A DNA stretch of 64,000 nucleotides from assembly GCA_963735805.1 (NCBI GenBank), contig CAVTMK010000001.1:1-64000 (forward strand), in the 5' to 3' direction. The notes under the pieces are model-generated. The model saw nothing but the letters and a program-made list of their open reading frames with translations, was not told the origin of the DNA and searched no databases. Made by a program: the position numbers and the translations under genes. This document shows positions 10,213 through 20,306 of the stretch, one piece after another (position 1 is the stretch's first letter; each line of letters starts with the position of its first letter). This stretch comes from an uncultured Verrucomicrobiae bacterium (GTDB taxonomy: Bacteria > Verrucomicrobiota > Verrucomicrobiia > Chthoniobacterales > UBA10450).

Positions 10213-11277
10213 ATGTCTGTTCTGCCCATGGGGACAGCCAAACCCGAAACACAACCGTCTCCGTGGTCTCAATTTCCCGGCTCTCCTAGCGGAACGGCGC
10301 GTCACGATGATATCTACTTTGTCGACGAGAACACGGGTTGGTCGGTTCGAGCAACTGGATTGATTCACAAGACAACTGATGGCGGAAACACTTGGGCGCT
10401 CAAGCTGACTAAAACCGGCACGCATTTTCGTTGTATCGGATTTGCATCTCTTACCCGTGGTTTCGCGGGCAATTTAGGTGTCGGTTCCTACGACTCGGCT
10501 GTGACCGACAGTAATGTGCTGTATCAAACTTTCGATAGTGGAGACACCTGGACAAATGTGCCCGGATTCGCGGAGGAAGGAATGAAGGGGCTTTGTGCGA
10601 TATATATTTTGGATGCGAATCACATTTATGGAGGGGGAAGAGTGCGGGGACCCGCTTATTTCATTAAGAGCACGGACGGCGGGGCAAATTGGACAATTCG
10701 TAATCTCACCGCGATGGGCGTTGTGAATGGCATTATGGATGTTTATTTCAAAGACCCATTGAACGGATTTGTGGTCGGGATGGATCCTAGCAAATTTTCT
10801 GCCGATTGTTCGCCTCCGTATTATGGCCGACTTGCCAAGACTACCGATGGAGGTGAAACGTGGACGCCAGTAATAACGACAGATATTTCCTGCGGCTATC
10901 TCTGGAAAATGTCCTGGCCGACCTCGCAGATCGGATATGTTTCACTGCAGCAAAACCGATCTTATTCCAACATTGCTTACTATAAAACTACAGATGGTGG
11001 GAATAATTGGGTCCTCAAGGAGATTCCCCTGTCTTCGCTAGGGCTTGCATCATCCAGTTTTTACATGCAGGGAATTGGATTCGTAACCCCCGATGAAGGC
11101 TGGATCGGCGGTACCGCGGGCATTCCCTATCCCAGTAGCTTTCTTCACACGTTGGACGGTGGCGACACGTGGTCAAAGAGTGGTTACAACAACACCTATC
11201 GGATCAATCGAATTCGATTTCTCGATTCTGGTTTTGGCGTTGCCGCTGGCGAAAGACTTCATGTGTTTCGCCGCTAA
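10213..11277 (+). CDS. YCF48/BNR (Asp-box) repeat beta-propeller protein
   Basis: Repeated KTTDGGxTW boxes and DIYFVDENTGW-type blades. Confidence 0.88.
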   Translation: MSVLPMGTAKPETQPSPWSQFPGSPSGTARHDDIYFVDENTGWSVRATGLIHKTTDGGNTWALKLTKTGTHFRCIGFASLTRGFAGNLGVGSYDSAVTDSNVLYQTFDSGDTWTNVPGFAEEGMKGLCAIYILDANHIYGGGRVRGPAYFIKSTDGGANWTIRNLTAMGVVNGIMDVYFKDPLNGFVVGMDPSKFSADCSPPYYGRLAKTTDGGETWTPVITTDISCGYLWKMSWPTSQIGYVSLQQNRSYSNIAYYKTTDGGNNWVLKEIPLSSLGLASSSFYMQGIGFVTPDEGWIGGTAGIPYPSSFLHTLDGGDTWSKSGYNNTYRINRIRFLDSGFGVAAGERLHVFRR

Positions 11278-11429
11278 CCACGCAATCTCGCGAAAGTTGA
11301 GCTGAATCGTCACCAGTTAACCTTTAAAACAGTTTAGAAAGACCGGCTTTAACGTAATCCGGCAAATTCAACTGTTCGCGATGTCGATCCAAGAACGTCT
11401 GATCATCAGCTACGGTGAGCCGATGTGGA

Positions 11430-12680
11430 TCAATGCGCGGGGTCACGCGAAATGTTGCTTGCACGGGGAGTGAACAGCCGAAAGAAGTTCAAAAACGGGT
11501 GTGCAGCGGGAGAATTCGCTTGATTGTCAATCCCAACGGCTAGTTGAAGGGAAAAATCGAGTGACGTATGATGCCCATCATTGTCAAACGGCTCGAGCGG
11601 CGCCAGATTGCGAAACCAGAGCAGCTTTGCCTGATCGTTGTTTCCGGACGGCAACATATTTTTCGCTTTAGGCTGCTCCGCCACACCATGGCAGCTTAAA
11701 CAGGACGATACGGGGTTATCTACGGGTCCGTTGCCACGACCGGCCCATCCAAGAATGTGCGGAGCGGTCGAAGATTGCGACAAGCCCGAGCGATAGGCGA
11801 CGACGGGCGCAGCACTATTGATCCAAGACTCTTGCGGAACATGCCCTTGCGCTGGGTCGTAATTTGCAGGGGTGAATGTGGGATCATTTCCCCACATCAG
11901 TGTCACAGGGGCGATCCGCCGCCACGGATCCGGCGCGGCGACGCTTTTGTCGAATTGGAATGTGCCGAACACCCAACCGCCTTCACTTGAGCGGTTGTCC
12001 TTCACAGCGATGTCCACTTGGAGCAGGCGCACTTTGTTGTTGCGGATTTGGTTTGCGTCATTAGATCGGTCCGTGTCGGCGATCCATTCAGGCGCGTCAT
12101 CGAGATATGGCACCTTATCCTTGGTTGCCATTGTAAAAAGCAGCTTGAATGCAACCGTCCCCTCAGGAAAGACTGCCTTGCTTGCGTCAGGATGATTTGG
12201 GTCCGCCCATACGCGTCCGATAGTGTAGCCGCCGCCAGCATTATAAAGACCAACGGCGAAATTGCGGAAAGTGTTTGACTGAGTGTCTGCAAGTTCGCCG
12301 GTACGTGATAGGCGCTCGCCTGTAAGCCCGTGGGCGAACTCGCGCCCGTTAGTTCCAGGATGGAGCCAAGGGGCGTGATACCATTTGCGCGTAGCGTTGT
12401 CCTGTCCGCGAAATTCCACTTCAGGATTGCCCTGATAGCAGTAATCGATAATCGCCTGCATGTAGGCAGCGGGTTGCTGACGAAAATCGATGGCTTTCCA
12501 CGGCTGTTCCAATGATGGCGAGGGATCTGTCGTCGGATAATCTTGGCTTAGGACAAAAACTGGGTCACCGGCCGCTGGGTTCCAACCAGGCGGCGGTGAA
12601 TAACTGCAATCGGGAAACATTCCAGCTTTGACCGACGCGACACCTAAAATAACTACGGAGACAAGGTATAGTCTTTTCAT
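11430..12680 (-). CDS. Secreted protein with a single CXXCH (putative c-type heme) motif
   Basis: Signal peptide MKRLYLVSVVILGVASVKA; SSCLSCHG near the C-terminus. Confidence 0.7.
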   Translation of the reverse strand: MKRLYLVSVVILGVASVKAGMFPDCSYSPPPGWNPAAGDPVFVLSQDYPTTDPSPSLEQPWKAIDFRQQPAAYMQAIIDYCYQGNPEVEFRGQDNATRKWYHAPWLHPGTNGREFAHGLTGERLSRTGELADTQSNTFRNFAVGLYNAGGGYTIGRVWADPNHPDASKAVFPEGTVAFKLLFTMATKDKVPYLDDAPEWIADTDRSNDANQIRNNKVRLLQVDIAVKDNRSSEGGWVFGTFQFDKSVAAPDPWRRIAPVTLMWGNDPTFTPANYDPAQGHVPQESWINSAAPVVAYRSGLSQSSTAPHILGWAGRGNGPVDNPVSSCLSCHGVAEQPKAKNMLPSGNNDQAKLLWFRNLAPLEPFDNDGHHTSLDFSLQLAVGIDNQANSPAAHPFLNFFRLFTPRASNISRDPAH

Positions 12681-12869
12681 AACCACACGAAGGCTGAGGT
12701 GTTAGGTTTACCGTAAAATATGCTGTCGTCAGCTATTGCAAGTTGACTACGATTTTCACGGCTGACTGTAAAGCCCCGAATGTGGAAGCAGCCTCGACCT
12801 AAGTGCTGCCCCATCCGGGCATGAAATTTTTTGTCCGCTCGGTCAGCTAATCAGAAAGCTTCTCCAAAA

Positions 12870-14459
12870 CTAAAGCGCGGCTAGCAAATTCGCACCGTTC
12901 GGACTGCCAAGACCTGTGCACGGATCCCAGCCGGCGTTGGCTTTGTAACCTTCAACCTGGTTCACGCCATTATCGCCTTCCGTTATGTCGCGCAAGGCAC
13001 GCGTGGAGGAAGTGAGGGCATATAGCTTCGGTGTGATGAAGCCGACGGGTTGGGTGCGTCCTGAATTGAGCACTGCAACCAGGCCCGCCCATAGCGGTGC
13101 CACGGCGCTGGTGCCACCTATAACTTGGTTAGAGCCATCCACGCGAACGATGAAGCCGGTCTCACCGTCTGCGTTGCCGCAAATGTCCGGTACGCCACGA
13201 CCCACCTTGCCTCCGGGGTTGATGGATTTTGGCACCCCGACTCCGTTCTGATAAATCGGCAGACCAAAGAATTCACTGACCCCGCCTCCGGTAGCCCAGC
13301 CATCTCGATTGTTCCAAACGGTCTCGGACGTGATCCCGGTCTGATCGCCGATGAGTCGAGTTCCGCCGCACGCGAGAACGTTCGGACTCGATGCGGGAAA
13401 ATCTACATTCGCGCGATTCTCGCCAGGGTCAGCGGTATCAGGCGCTCCATGGTCACCTGCGGCGACCGTGACGGTAATCCCCATCGTTGCACCGTCGGAA
13501 CAAGTGCTATCAAAATCACGCTTAGCTTGATCGGTCCAACCCGCCTCGGTTGCCCCCCAGCTGATCGAGACAACGGATGGGTTGCGAACATTGTCGTGGA
13601 TCGCAGCATTAAGGGCGTTGAGGAATCCTTCGTCGGTATTTGGCGCAAAATAGACCGCGATTTTCGCACCGGGCGCTACTGCACCTGCGACCTCAATGTC
13701 CAGCATGACTTCGCCATTTGCATCCTTGGTTGGACCATCCGGTTCGTTGTGCGCGCCGCCTATAGAGACTGCTGTAACCTTTGGTTTTTTGATCCCGAGG
13801 CTTTTGAAGTAAGCTGTCAGATCTTTTGCACGAAACCCTCCGCCGAGTTCGATAATCGCGATGCATTGGCCGCGACCGTCAAGATTTGAAGGGAAGTTGT
13901 AAAGCTTCGCAACTTCTGGTGGCGTCATCGGCTTCGCGGCGTCAGCCCGAGGCTTGAGATCTCTTGTCTTCGGACAAATATAAAAGTGCGGCCTAGCCTG
14001 CGGCCGATTGTCGAGACCGAAAACGCCCTCGACGATATTGGCTAGGTCCTTTGGCACGCTTATCGTACCGATGCGTCCGCGGAACGTTCGCTTGGTCTTC
14101 GGTATTCGATACGCCTTGAATTGCACACCGAAAGCCGCCTGCATCGCCTTTACCGTGCCGGAGAGCTTCACCGCGCGCTGCGCGATACTAGTCTGCACGA
14201 CGTCGAGTCCATGTTCATTCGCGAATTCTTCGACCTTTTCGATATCAGTGGGATTAGCGCCGTAAGCATCGCGGAACTCATCGCGTGTTAGGGGTTTCCC
14301 TTCGATTCTCGGTGTTCTCGCACCTGGCTTACGTCGCAAACGGACGGTAACTTGGAGACGCTCCTCCGGGGGAACCTTACCGACGGGCTTGGCATTTTTT
14401 GGTGCGCTTTTGCGACTCGCGGGGAGAACCACGCGAGCGATTGATTTTGTCTTTTTCAT
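12870..14459 (-). CDS. S53 family peptidase (sedolisin/kumamolisin) with pro-domain
   Basis: GEVMLDIEV, SISWG, AAGDHG, GRGVPD, GGTSAVAP, GWDPCTGLGSP. Confidence 0.95.
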   Translation of the reverse strand: MKKTKSIARVVLPASRKSAPKNAKPVGKVPPEERLQVTVRLRRKPGARTPRIEGKPLTRDEFRDAYGANPTDIEKVEEFANEHGLDVVQTSIAQRAVKLSGTVKAMQAAFGVQFKAYRIPKTKRTFRGRIGTISVPKDLANIVEGVFGLDNRPQARPHFYICPKTRDLKPRADAAKPMTPPEVAKLYNFPSNLDGRGQCIAIIELGGGFRAKDLTAYFKSLGIKKPKVTAVSIGGAHNEPDGPTKDANGEVMLDIEVAGAVAPGAKIAVYFAPNTDEGFLNALNAAIHDNVRNPSVVSISWGATEAGWTDQAKRDFDSTCSDGATMGITVTVAAGDHGAPDTADPGENRANVDFPASSPNVLACGGTRLIGDQTGITSETVWNNRDGWATGGGVSEFFGLPIYQNGVGVPKSINPGGKVGRGVPDICGNADGETGFIVRVDGSNQVIGGTSAVAPLWAGLVAVLNSGRTQPVGFITPKLYALTSSTRALRDITEGDNGVNQVEGYKANAGWDPCTGLGSPNGANLLAAL

Positions 14460-14939
14460 ATGAATTGGTGTGATTTTAGTTCTCTTAGGTTAGCCGAGAA
14501 ACGATAGAAATATTCTGAACACAAGCGCCGGCCGCGTGGTGTTTTTTCGAACTATCAATTCGCGGTGGCTGGAGAAAGCCGCTCCAGCAAAATACCCATC
14601 AACGCTGTGCGTTACTGATCTCATTACTACTTGAGTTTTGGCAACAGCTAACGACGTTACGTAGCATAACGGCACGTGTCACAGTTGTCACTAATAAAGC
14701 GGCGCGGAGGCTTCTTGTGCCATTTCCTGTCCGAAAAGCAACAGTCGCCCTACTCAGCGCTTGGAGCTGACGTTATCTCGTGCACGGTTAGAATTGACAC
14801 CAGCCATTGCGTGTCGCTTGTGCACGAGTAGCAGCAACATTGGGAACAACGGATCCAACGACAACTGACCCGGTTCGGATCCTGGCTAGGATTGCTGTTG
14901 CTTTGTACTATCTACACCTTTCATTATCGGAAGTGTTTT

Positions 14940-16016
14940 ATGCGTCCCTCCACAGCGTTACCGCCACCTGAGGGTCACATCTATTTCTCCTACAGTCCGA
15001 CCTCACCACCGAACTGGGGAATTGCGTCCTCTGACATCCATATATTCGTTTATCCGAACATTCGCGTTGCTCTTGAAGTGCTCTTAGAGGTTGCTAACGC
15101 GATCCAAGCACAACAATTGCATCGTGGTCCCGGATACCGTACTGGACATCTTCTCTTCAGAGGAAATTCTGACGTTACACAGCGATTACTACCAACCCGT
15201 TTACGAGGTCCGTGGACTCAGCCATCCCCGCGCGAACGTTTCAGCGTAGCCGATCCGCCGATGATCATGGTTCACGGCGTGAATCTGCCTGCTGTGTCTT
15301 TTGACCCTGGCGGCGCAGATGCGCGGCTCTACTGGGGTGACTGGTTCGAACGCGTCGAGCCGATGCGAACGATCGAAAACTCGATGGCAGAGGTTTCACA
15401 GGAGGAAATCCAGCGTCGAGATGCCCTCGAACGCGCCGCCGCCGAGCGCGTTTCCCAGCTTCCTGAGGTCGCTTCCCTCGGCCCGTTCCAAAGACGGGCG
15501 GCCGTTCGGCATTACGATTGCGTACCGAGTCCCCTACTCGACGTATCCACGAGCCCGGAGGTCGCTGCGTTCTTCGCAACCGGGGGAGCGTCGCGCGCAC
15601 CGAGACCCGGAACGATCGGCATGCTATGGGCCATTGACCTAAGCTTCCTCCAGGATCTTTTTTTGTCGGAAACCACCAATATACCTGGCGGTGAAAAGAT
15701 AAATATGACCCAGCAGCGAGATACCTGGGGAGTCAATAAGCGGCTGTTCGAAAACTACGGTGTTCTGCCATCACGCTTCGAACTCGCCTTGGTTGAGTTG
15801 CCGTTTCCACGTCCCCAGGCCCAACACGCGCGCTTTTTCTCGCTTGCCGGAGAAAGTGGAACATCCTTACCGGCAAAGACTGAATTTACTTGGTGGTCTA
15901 TCATCGAGCGACATGCTTACGGATGCGCCTTCATCCAAGACGGCCGCACTTACGAAAACCCGGATCAAAATATCACGGCCACTTCTCTTTGGCCGGTTAA
16001 TGATGCCGAAGAATAA
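14940..16016 (+). CDS. FRG domain protein
   Basis: LLFRGNSD...LLPT, VRHYDCVPSPLLDVSTSPEVAAFFA, RPQAQHARF. Confidence 0.82.
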   Translation: MRPSTALPPPEGHIYFSYSPTSPPNWGIASSDIHIFVYPNIRVALEVLLEVANAIQAQQLHRGPGYRTGHLLFRGNSDVTQRLLPTRLRGPWTQPSPRERFSVADPPMIMVHGVNLPAVSFDPGGADARLYWGDWFERVEPMRTIENSMAEVSQEEIQRRDALERAAAERVSQLPEVASLGPFQRRAAVRHYDCVPSPLLDVSTSPEVAAFFATGGASRAPRPGTIGMLWAIDLSFLQDLFLSETTNIPGGEKINMTQQRDTWGVNKRLFENYGVLPSRFELALVELPFPRPQAQHARFFSLAGESGTSLPAKTEFTWWSIIERHAYGCAFIQDGRTYENPDQNITATSLWPVNDAEE

Positions 16017-16241
16017 TCCCAATCACGGAGCGGGACAAAACGACACCCGCATAATTGGCGAACCATCAAGAAGCGCTCCTTTAGGCGAATCAGTGCACGC
16101 TATGATCATAATTGCGAAAACCTTCATCCGGAGTGTGAGTGCGGGGTCTTCCTTTGGCAAAGAAGCGCGGTTTCGGCGAATAGATGCTCTTCCCAGTTTA
16201 AGACTCGTGAATTTAACTAGAATGGGATATCTAAATTCTCG

Positions 16242-16730
16242 ATGAGTAAACGAAAGCTGATACTGATTAACGATCAAGTTTCTGGCTTTAACAGAAAATT
16301 CGAGAGCAAGGCGCGGTTTTTGGTAGATGAAAGCGTCGGCATGGACGCTGTGAGATTGATTCAGGATCGGGGCTGGAATGTTTGTTACGTGTACGATGTC
16401 GGCCTATCGGGGCGATCGGATGAAGAAGTTTTGGCATTCGCATGGGAAGAGCAGCGTTTTCTGTTGACCCAAGACTCCGAATTCCTAGATGACAGCAGAT
16501 TTTCGTTTCAGCGTAATCCGGGGCTAGTTGTCCTTCCAGGAGGAACTGGCAGCACACTCGGATTGGCGGAAGCAATTAATGGCGTGCTAGCGTTGATCGG
16601 GCCCTATTCCGAAGCTTATCGAGGCTACAAAATCCGCATTACAGAAGACGGCGTTTGGACGATCAGGCGTTTCAGCACAGAGAAAGGCATTTCTCAAGAA
16701 ATTCAGGTTAAATTCGGCAAGATAAAGTAA
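16242..16730 (+). CDS. DUF5615 family PIN-like protein
   Basis: FLVDESV...GLSGRSDEEVLAFAWEEQRFLLTQDSEF. Confidence 0.85.
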   Translation: MSKRKLILINDQVSGFNRKFESKARFLVDESVGMDAVRLIQDRGWNVCYVYDVGLSGRSDEEVLAFAWEEQRFLLTQDSEFLDDSRFSFQRNPGLVVLPGGTGSTLGLAEAINGVLALIGPYSEAYRGYKIRITEDGVWTIRRFSTEKGISQEIQVKFGKIK

Positions 16731-16782
16731 GGAAGTGGATAGACGATACGTGATCATCAGCATCATGTGCGGAGTTCACTGA

Positions 16783-18456
16783 TCAATAGAGGTAAAGCTT
16801 GGACCCGTTGGGATCCAGGTCCTGATAGACCCTTTGCGCGTCCGATGCTGGCGTCGTGCCAGTGGACCCATAAGTGGCGCTCAGATTAGTCCTGATGCTG
16901 GTAAGCTTGAAATAGCCACTAAAGGTAAACTGGTCCGGTGTATCAAAGGGAACAATCGAGAATTCTTCGGCATGGTCGATGTTGTTTGCCGCACAGGTGT
17001 AGAGATATTTGTGTCCCTGGTCCGTTACCAGCGTGTTGCTGGCGTGGAGAAAACGGCCGTCAGCCTGACTGGTAACCGACTTTCCCGTTCCAAGATCGCT
17101 GAAGCCCCACAGATCCGAATTGTCATTATTGTCTGCAAGGGAGCGATGTATAACGTCGAAGCGCGGCGGATTGGGGCTAGCCGCCGGAATCCCGGCATTG
17201 CTGGCATGCAGGCATTCGCTGGTATCATCCTTGAGAATGTAGGCCGCGCTGGTGCTAGGAAGCCCGGCACAGAGATAACCAGCAGATTCGGCCAGCCGCA
17301 ATTGCTGCCGCACTGTCGCAATCTGTGATGCAGCATTGGGCACACCAAACCCTACAAGTAATGCTTCCATTTGATCGATCATTGGTTTCAGCGATGTCTG
17401 TTGGGTCTCGCGGCTGAACACGGTCTCCCGATAAGTCCGAATCTGGTTAATCAATTGCGCAAGGCGTGCGGCATCGTTGCGCACGAGATTCGCGATCAGC
17501 CCACGGTTGGCCATCTTAAAATGCCTATTAGGCTGGAAAATCTGGTCGATACCCCACAGGATCATTTTGAATTTGACGTCGTTTACACCGGGTGCCTCGA
17601 CGGCATTCACGTCATTATAGATATAGGTGTTATTGGTGTTGTTTGAATAGCCATCCCAGTGCTTGAGAAAAAACTCCATCGCATAGACTTTAATGAACTG
17701 ATCCAGATCCAGCATCTGGTTCGCCCCGGCCAGCCCATTCGCGGCGATATGATTGTCGGCAAACTCCAAATCGGCCTTGTTGTTAAATTTGGAAAGCGAC
17801 TCCGGTTCCATGAAAGGCAACCTCGCGCTAACAAGATCGTCCCCATGTTCAAGTTCGTACAAATTTCCGTTCATGTTGCCATTGAAATTGCGTTCGATGT
17901 AGCGCGGCATGACCGGTTCGGCATTGACAAAGATGCCTGGACTGTTGACGCCACTCACCCCTTGGCCTATCAGCGTGCCATTCACAAATACACGTGCAAA
18001 ATTGCAACGCGAATTGGGCAATCCGGCTATAGCGAGCAATTTGTAGCCCAGCGGCTGCCGAATATAAGACGGATCCTGAATGGTATTGTTGAGGGTCAAG
18101 TAGCGTGACCCAGTTAGGGCTTCGATTATTGGGACGTTCGCCTTGCCAAATTTGCCGAAGTCAATGTGCAGGCATGGCTTATCGCTATTGATTGAGCCGC
18201 AGAATGATTTCTTTTTAACGCCTACCTGGGTGAACATGGTGGTCTGCGCTGGAAAGCTCGTTCCAGAGATTTCGACCGAAGTTGCCTTGCGCCACGTATA
18301 CCGGCTGTCGCCAATCCATTGGAAGTTGCACACGCCACCGGCTGGCTGCTCGGTTCGCACCGCATCCCAATCAGTTTGCGGCATCGTAAGCTTGATTGTT
18401 AGAACATTGCCAATCGCATAAAGCGAATCGAGTGCTTGTTGCTGCTGGACACTCAT
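16783..18456 (-). CDS. CotH kinase family protein with a C-terminal beta-trefoil-like domain
   Basis: VGVKKKS, LTLNNTIQDPSYIRQ, HWDGYSNNTNNTYIY, ILWGID; C-terminal SECLHAS/RFLHAS repeats. Confidence 0.85.
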   Translation of the reverse strand: MSVQQQQALDSLYAIGNVLTIKLTMPQTDWDAVRTEQPAGGVCNFQWIGDSRYTWRKATSVEISGTSFPAQTTMFTQVGVKKKSFCGSINSDKPCLHIDFGKFGKANVPIIEALTGSRYLTLNNTIQDPSYIRQPLGYKLLAIAGLPNSRCNFARVFVNGTLIGQGVSGVNSPGIFVNAEPVMPRYIERNFNGNMNGNLYELEHGDDLVSARLPFMEPESLSKFNNKADLEFADNHIAANGLAGANQMLDLDQFIKVYAMEFFLKHWDGYSNNTNNTYIYNDVNAVEAPGVNDVKFKMILWGIDQIFQPNRHFKMANRGLIANLVRNDAARLAQLINQIRTYRETVFSRETQQTSLKPMIDQMEALLVGFGVPNAASQIATVRQQLRLAESAGYLCAGLPSTSAAYILKDDTSECLHASNAGIPAASPNPPRFDVIHRSLADNNDNSDLWGFSDLGTGKSVTSQADGRFLHASNTLVTDQGHKYLYTCAANNIDHAEEFSIVPFDTPDQFTFSGYFKLTSIRTNLSATYGSTGTTPASDAQRVYQDLDPNGSKLYLY

Positions 18457-18572
18457 CGTCAGAACTCCGTGCGCCGGTCAAAACCTATACTATGGATCTC
18501 GCCGACGACAAGCGGCGCGCGTGGTCCGACCGGCGCACCATGCCGCTATGGGATGCCGATTTCAGTCATAGC

Positions 18573-19001
18573 TCAGATCGGGTTGGCGTTGGGAGCAACG
18601 ACGCGGCCGTTGATGGTGATCGTGGCACCTTTGATTTCGACGACGCCCACGCTTTTGATCACGATCTTCCCGTTCGACATCGAGATGGTGTTTCCGTGCG
18701 CATCGTCGATCACCAGCTCGCCCTTGCCCCCGCCGGGCGGCTGGTCTTGCCCATTCCACAAGAACCCAATGACATAAGGAAACCGCACGTCGCCATGATC
18801 AAAGGCTACTAATACTTCGTCGTTTACCTCGGGCATAAAGAAAGAGCCACGGAAATTGCCAGCCATCATCGTCGCGATCCGAATCCAGTCAGTCTCAAGC
18901 TGATCGTCAAGCCATGGGAAACGGACCTTGATCCGCCCGTACTTCTCCGGGTCGTTGACGTTGGTCACAAGACCTCTGACTACACCGTTGATCTGGCTCA
19001 T
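18573..19001 (-). CDS. Phage baseplate assembly protein V / gp5-OB spike (contractile injection system type), short form
   Basis: GLVTNVNDPEKYGRIKVRFPW...WIRIATMMAG...PEVNDEVLVAFDHGDVRFPYVIGFLWN. Confidence 0.9.
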   Translation of the reverse strand: MSQINGVVRGLVTNVNDPEKYGRIKVRFPWLDDQLETDWIRIATMMAGNFRGSFFMPEVNDEVLVAFDHGDVRFPYVIGFLWNGQDQPPGGGKGELVIDDAHGNTISMSNGKIVIKSVGVVEIKGATITINGRVVAPNANPI

Positions 19002-19063
19002 AACTTTCCGCTCTTCTCCATCCGCGCCGTAAACTCCGTAGTATATCCGCCATCGCTAAAACG
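18998..19063 (-). pseudogene. C-terminal remnant of a phage late-control D (baseplate hub) gene
   Basis: Reads RFSDGGYTTEFTARMEKSGKL* and overlaps the gpV start (ATGA). GYTTEF resembles the usual gpD C-terminus. An in-frame stop lies shortly upstream. Confidence 0.55.
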
Positions 19064-19385
19064 GTAAACACCTACTTGGGTCGTGTTGACCAATTCCAAG
19101 GTCGATTAGATGACGCCATGAAAAGTGTGTATGAAACTTCTATCCGTAAGTTCCGTAGTAGGTTCATGGAGCTTTTCATCAACGCCGCGCTCTCTCGACA
19201 ATCATGTCGATTGGGCGCGGTTTTTCGCCGATGCCGCGAGCGACGAATTCACGGGACTCAATATCAGTAGTGTGCCTTTCATTCGGACTTCAAATTGCGT
19301 GCGTAACCAATCTCGCATAAAAATCATCTGTATCGGCTGGTTCTGCATTGAGGAACCTGGCGACTAACGGGTCAGTCCCTAACTC

Positions 19386-19907
19386 GTGGCTTCGACTGGA
19401 CAGCCTTCCGGGCCGATTCCACCCGTCCGACCCAAGCTAGGCAAACCAAAGGCGTTGACAACGCTGGCCCAATTATCGGAAAACGGCGTTGCGATGAGTG
19501 ATCCCGAACTGAAGCAGTTTCTGAAGAATATCGCGACAACTAAGTCAGAAAGGCTGCTTTGGTCTCTTTCAGATGAGCAGTTGGATCAATATGTTGAATA
19601 TTTCATAGATGTTCGTCCACACCTGACGCATCCCTGGATGCTCCGTGACTACGAAGATCGAATTAAGTTGCTTCGCAAAGAGAAGGACCGGCGTTCTAGT
19701 CAACGTCAGCACGATGAAGCGATTGGCGTGGCGAATCAAAATGTGAAGTGGACTAAAATTGTAGGGATTCTCGCATTAATTGCCGCAGTAGGTGTCCCGT
19801 TGATGATTCAATATTGTTCCCGATCTTCATCCACGACATCGCAGCGATCATTACGACCGCCGCGGCCACCCGCAATACCGCAGCAATCGGCAACCGGAAC
19901 ACCCTAG
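19386..19907 (+). CDS. Hypothetical protein with a C-terminal TM helix
   Basis: ORF track; WTKIVGILALIAAVGVPLMI. Confidence 0.55.
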   Translation: MASTGQPSGPIPPVRPKLGKPKALTTLAQLSENGVAMSDPELKQFLKNIATTKSERLLWSLSDEQLDQYVEYFIDVRPHLTHPWMLRDYEDRIKLLRKEKDRRSSQRQHDEAIGVANQNVKWTKIVGILALIAAVGVPLMIQYCSRSSSTTSQRSLRPPRPPAIPQQSATGTP

Positions 19908-20018
19908 GAGTAGCAACAGATTACATATCCGTTGTTAACCAGAGATCTGTCGCGCCGGACGATCGCGCGCTTGCTGTATTTCGTCCCACGCGTTTTACAA
20001 ATAACCACAGTGAAGCAG

Positions 20019-20127
20019 GCCTAACGAGACTCAAGATCAGCGACCGCGCGAGTTGGAAATGACATTCGCATGCTCTCCAATCTAGGCATAAGGACGGTCT
20101 GCGGGTCGCTGGATCGCTTGGTTAGAC
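20019..20127 (-). other. Integron attC site 1
   Basis: Minus strand: R'' GTCTAAC, 5-nt spacer, L'' GATCCAGC ... L' GCTGATC ... R' GTTAGGC; imperfect palindrome with an extra base in L''. Confidence 0.75.
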
Positions 20128-20306
20128 CAGGGAGTCTCCGCGCACCTGAATCATATCTGGCCTTCGCTAATCTCCTGTTCAGTCATCAGTCCGGTTGCAC
20201 TTCGCATAGAACTCGTGCACAAAGTTGACGATCATCTAATTCTCATGAGATTAATGATAACGGAATAAACAAATGGCGGTTAGCAAGGATACCGTCAACA
20301 AAATGT

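Noticed and set aside
14460..14930. Hairpins in the sedolisin-FRG intergenic region as an ncRNA or attC
   Set aside because: Only isolated short stems are present, with no R''/R' pair and no recognisable RNA family.
19076..19367. Short ORFs between gpV and the 19386 gene
   Set aside because: They have no motifs or clear RBS and are probably degraded sequence.
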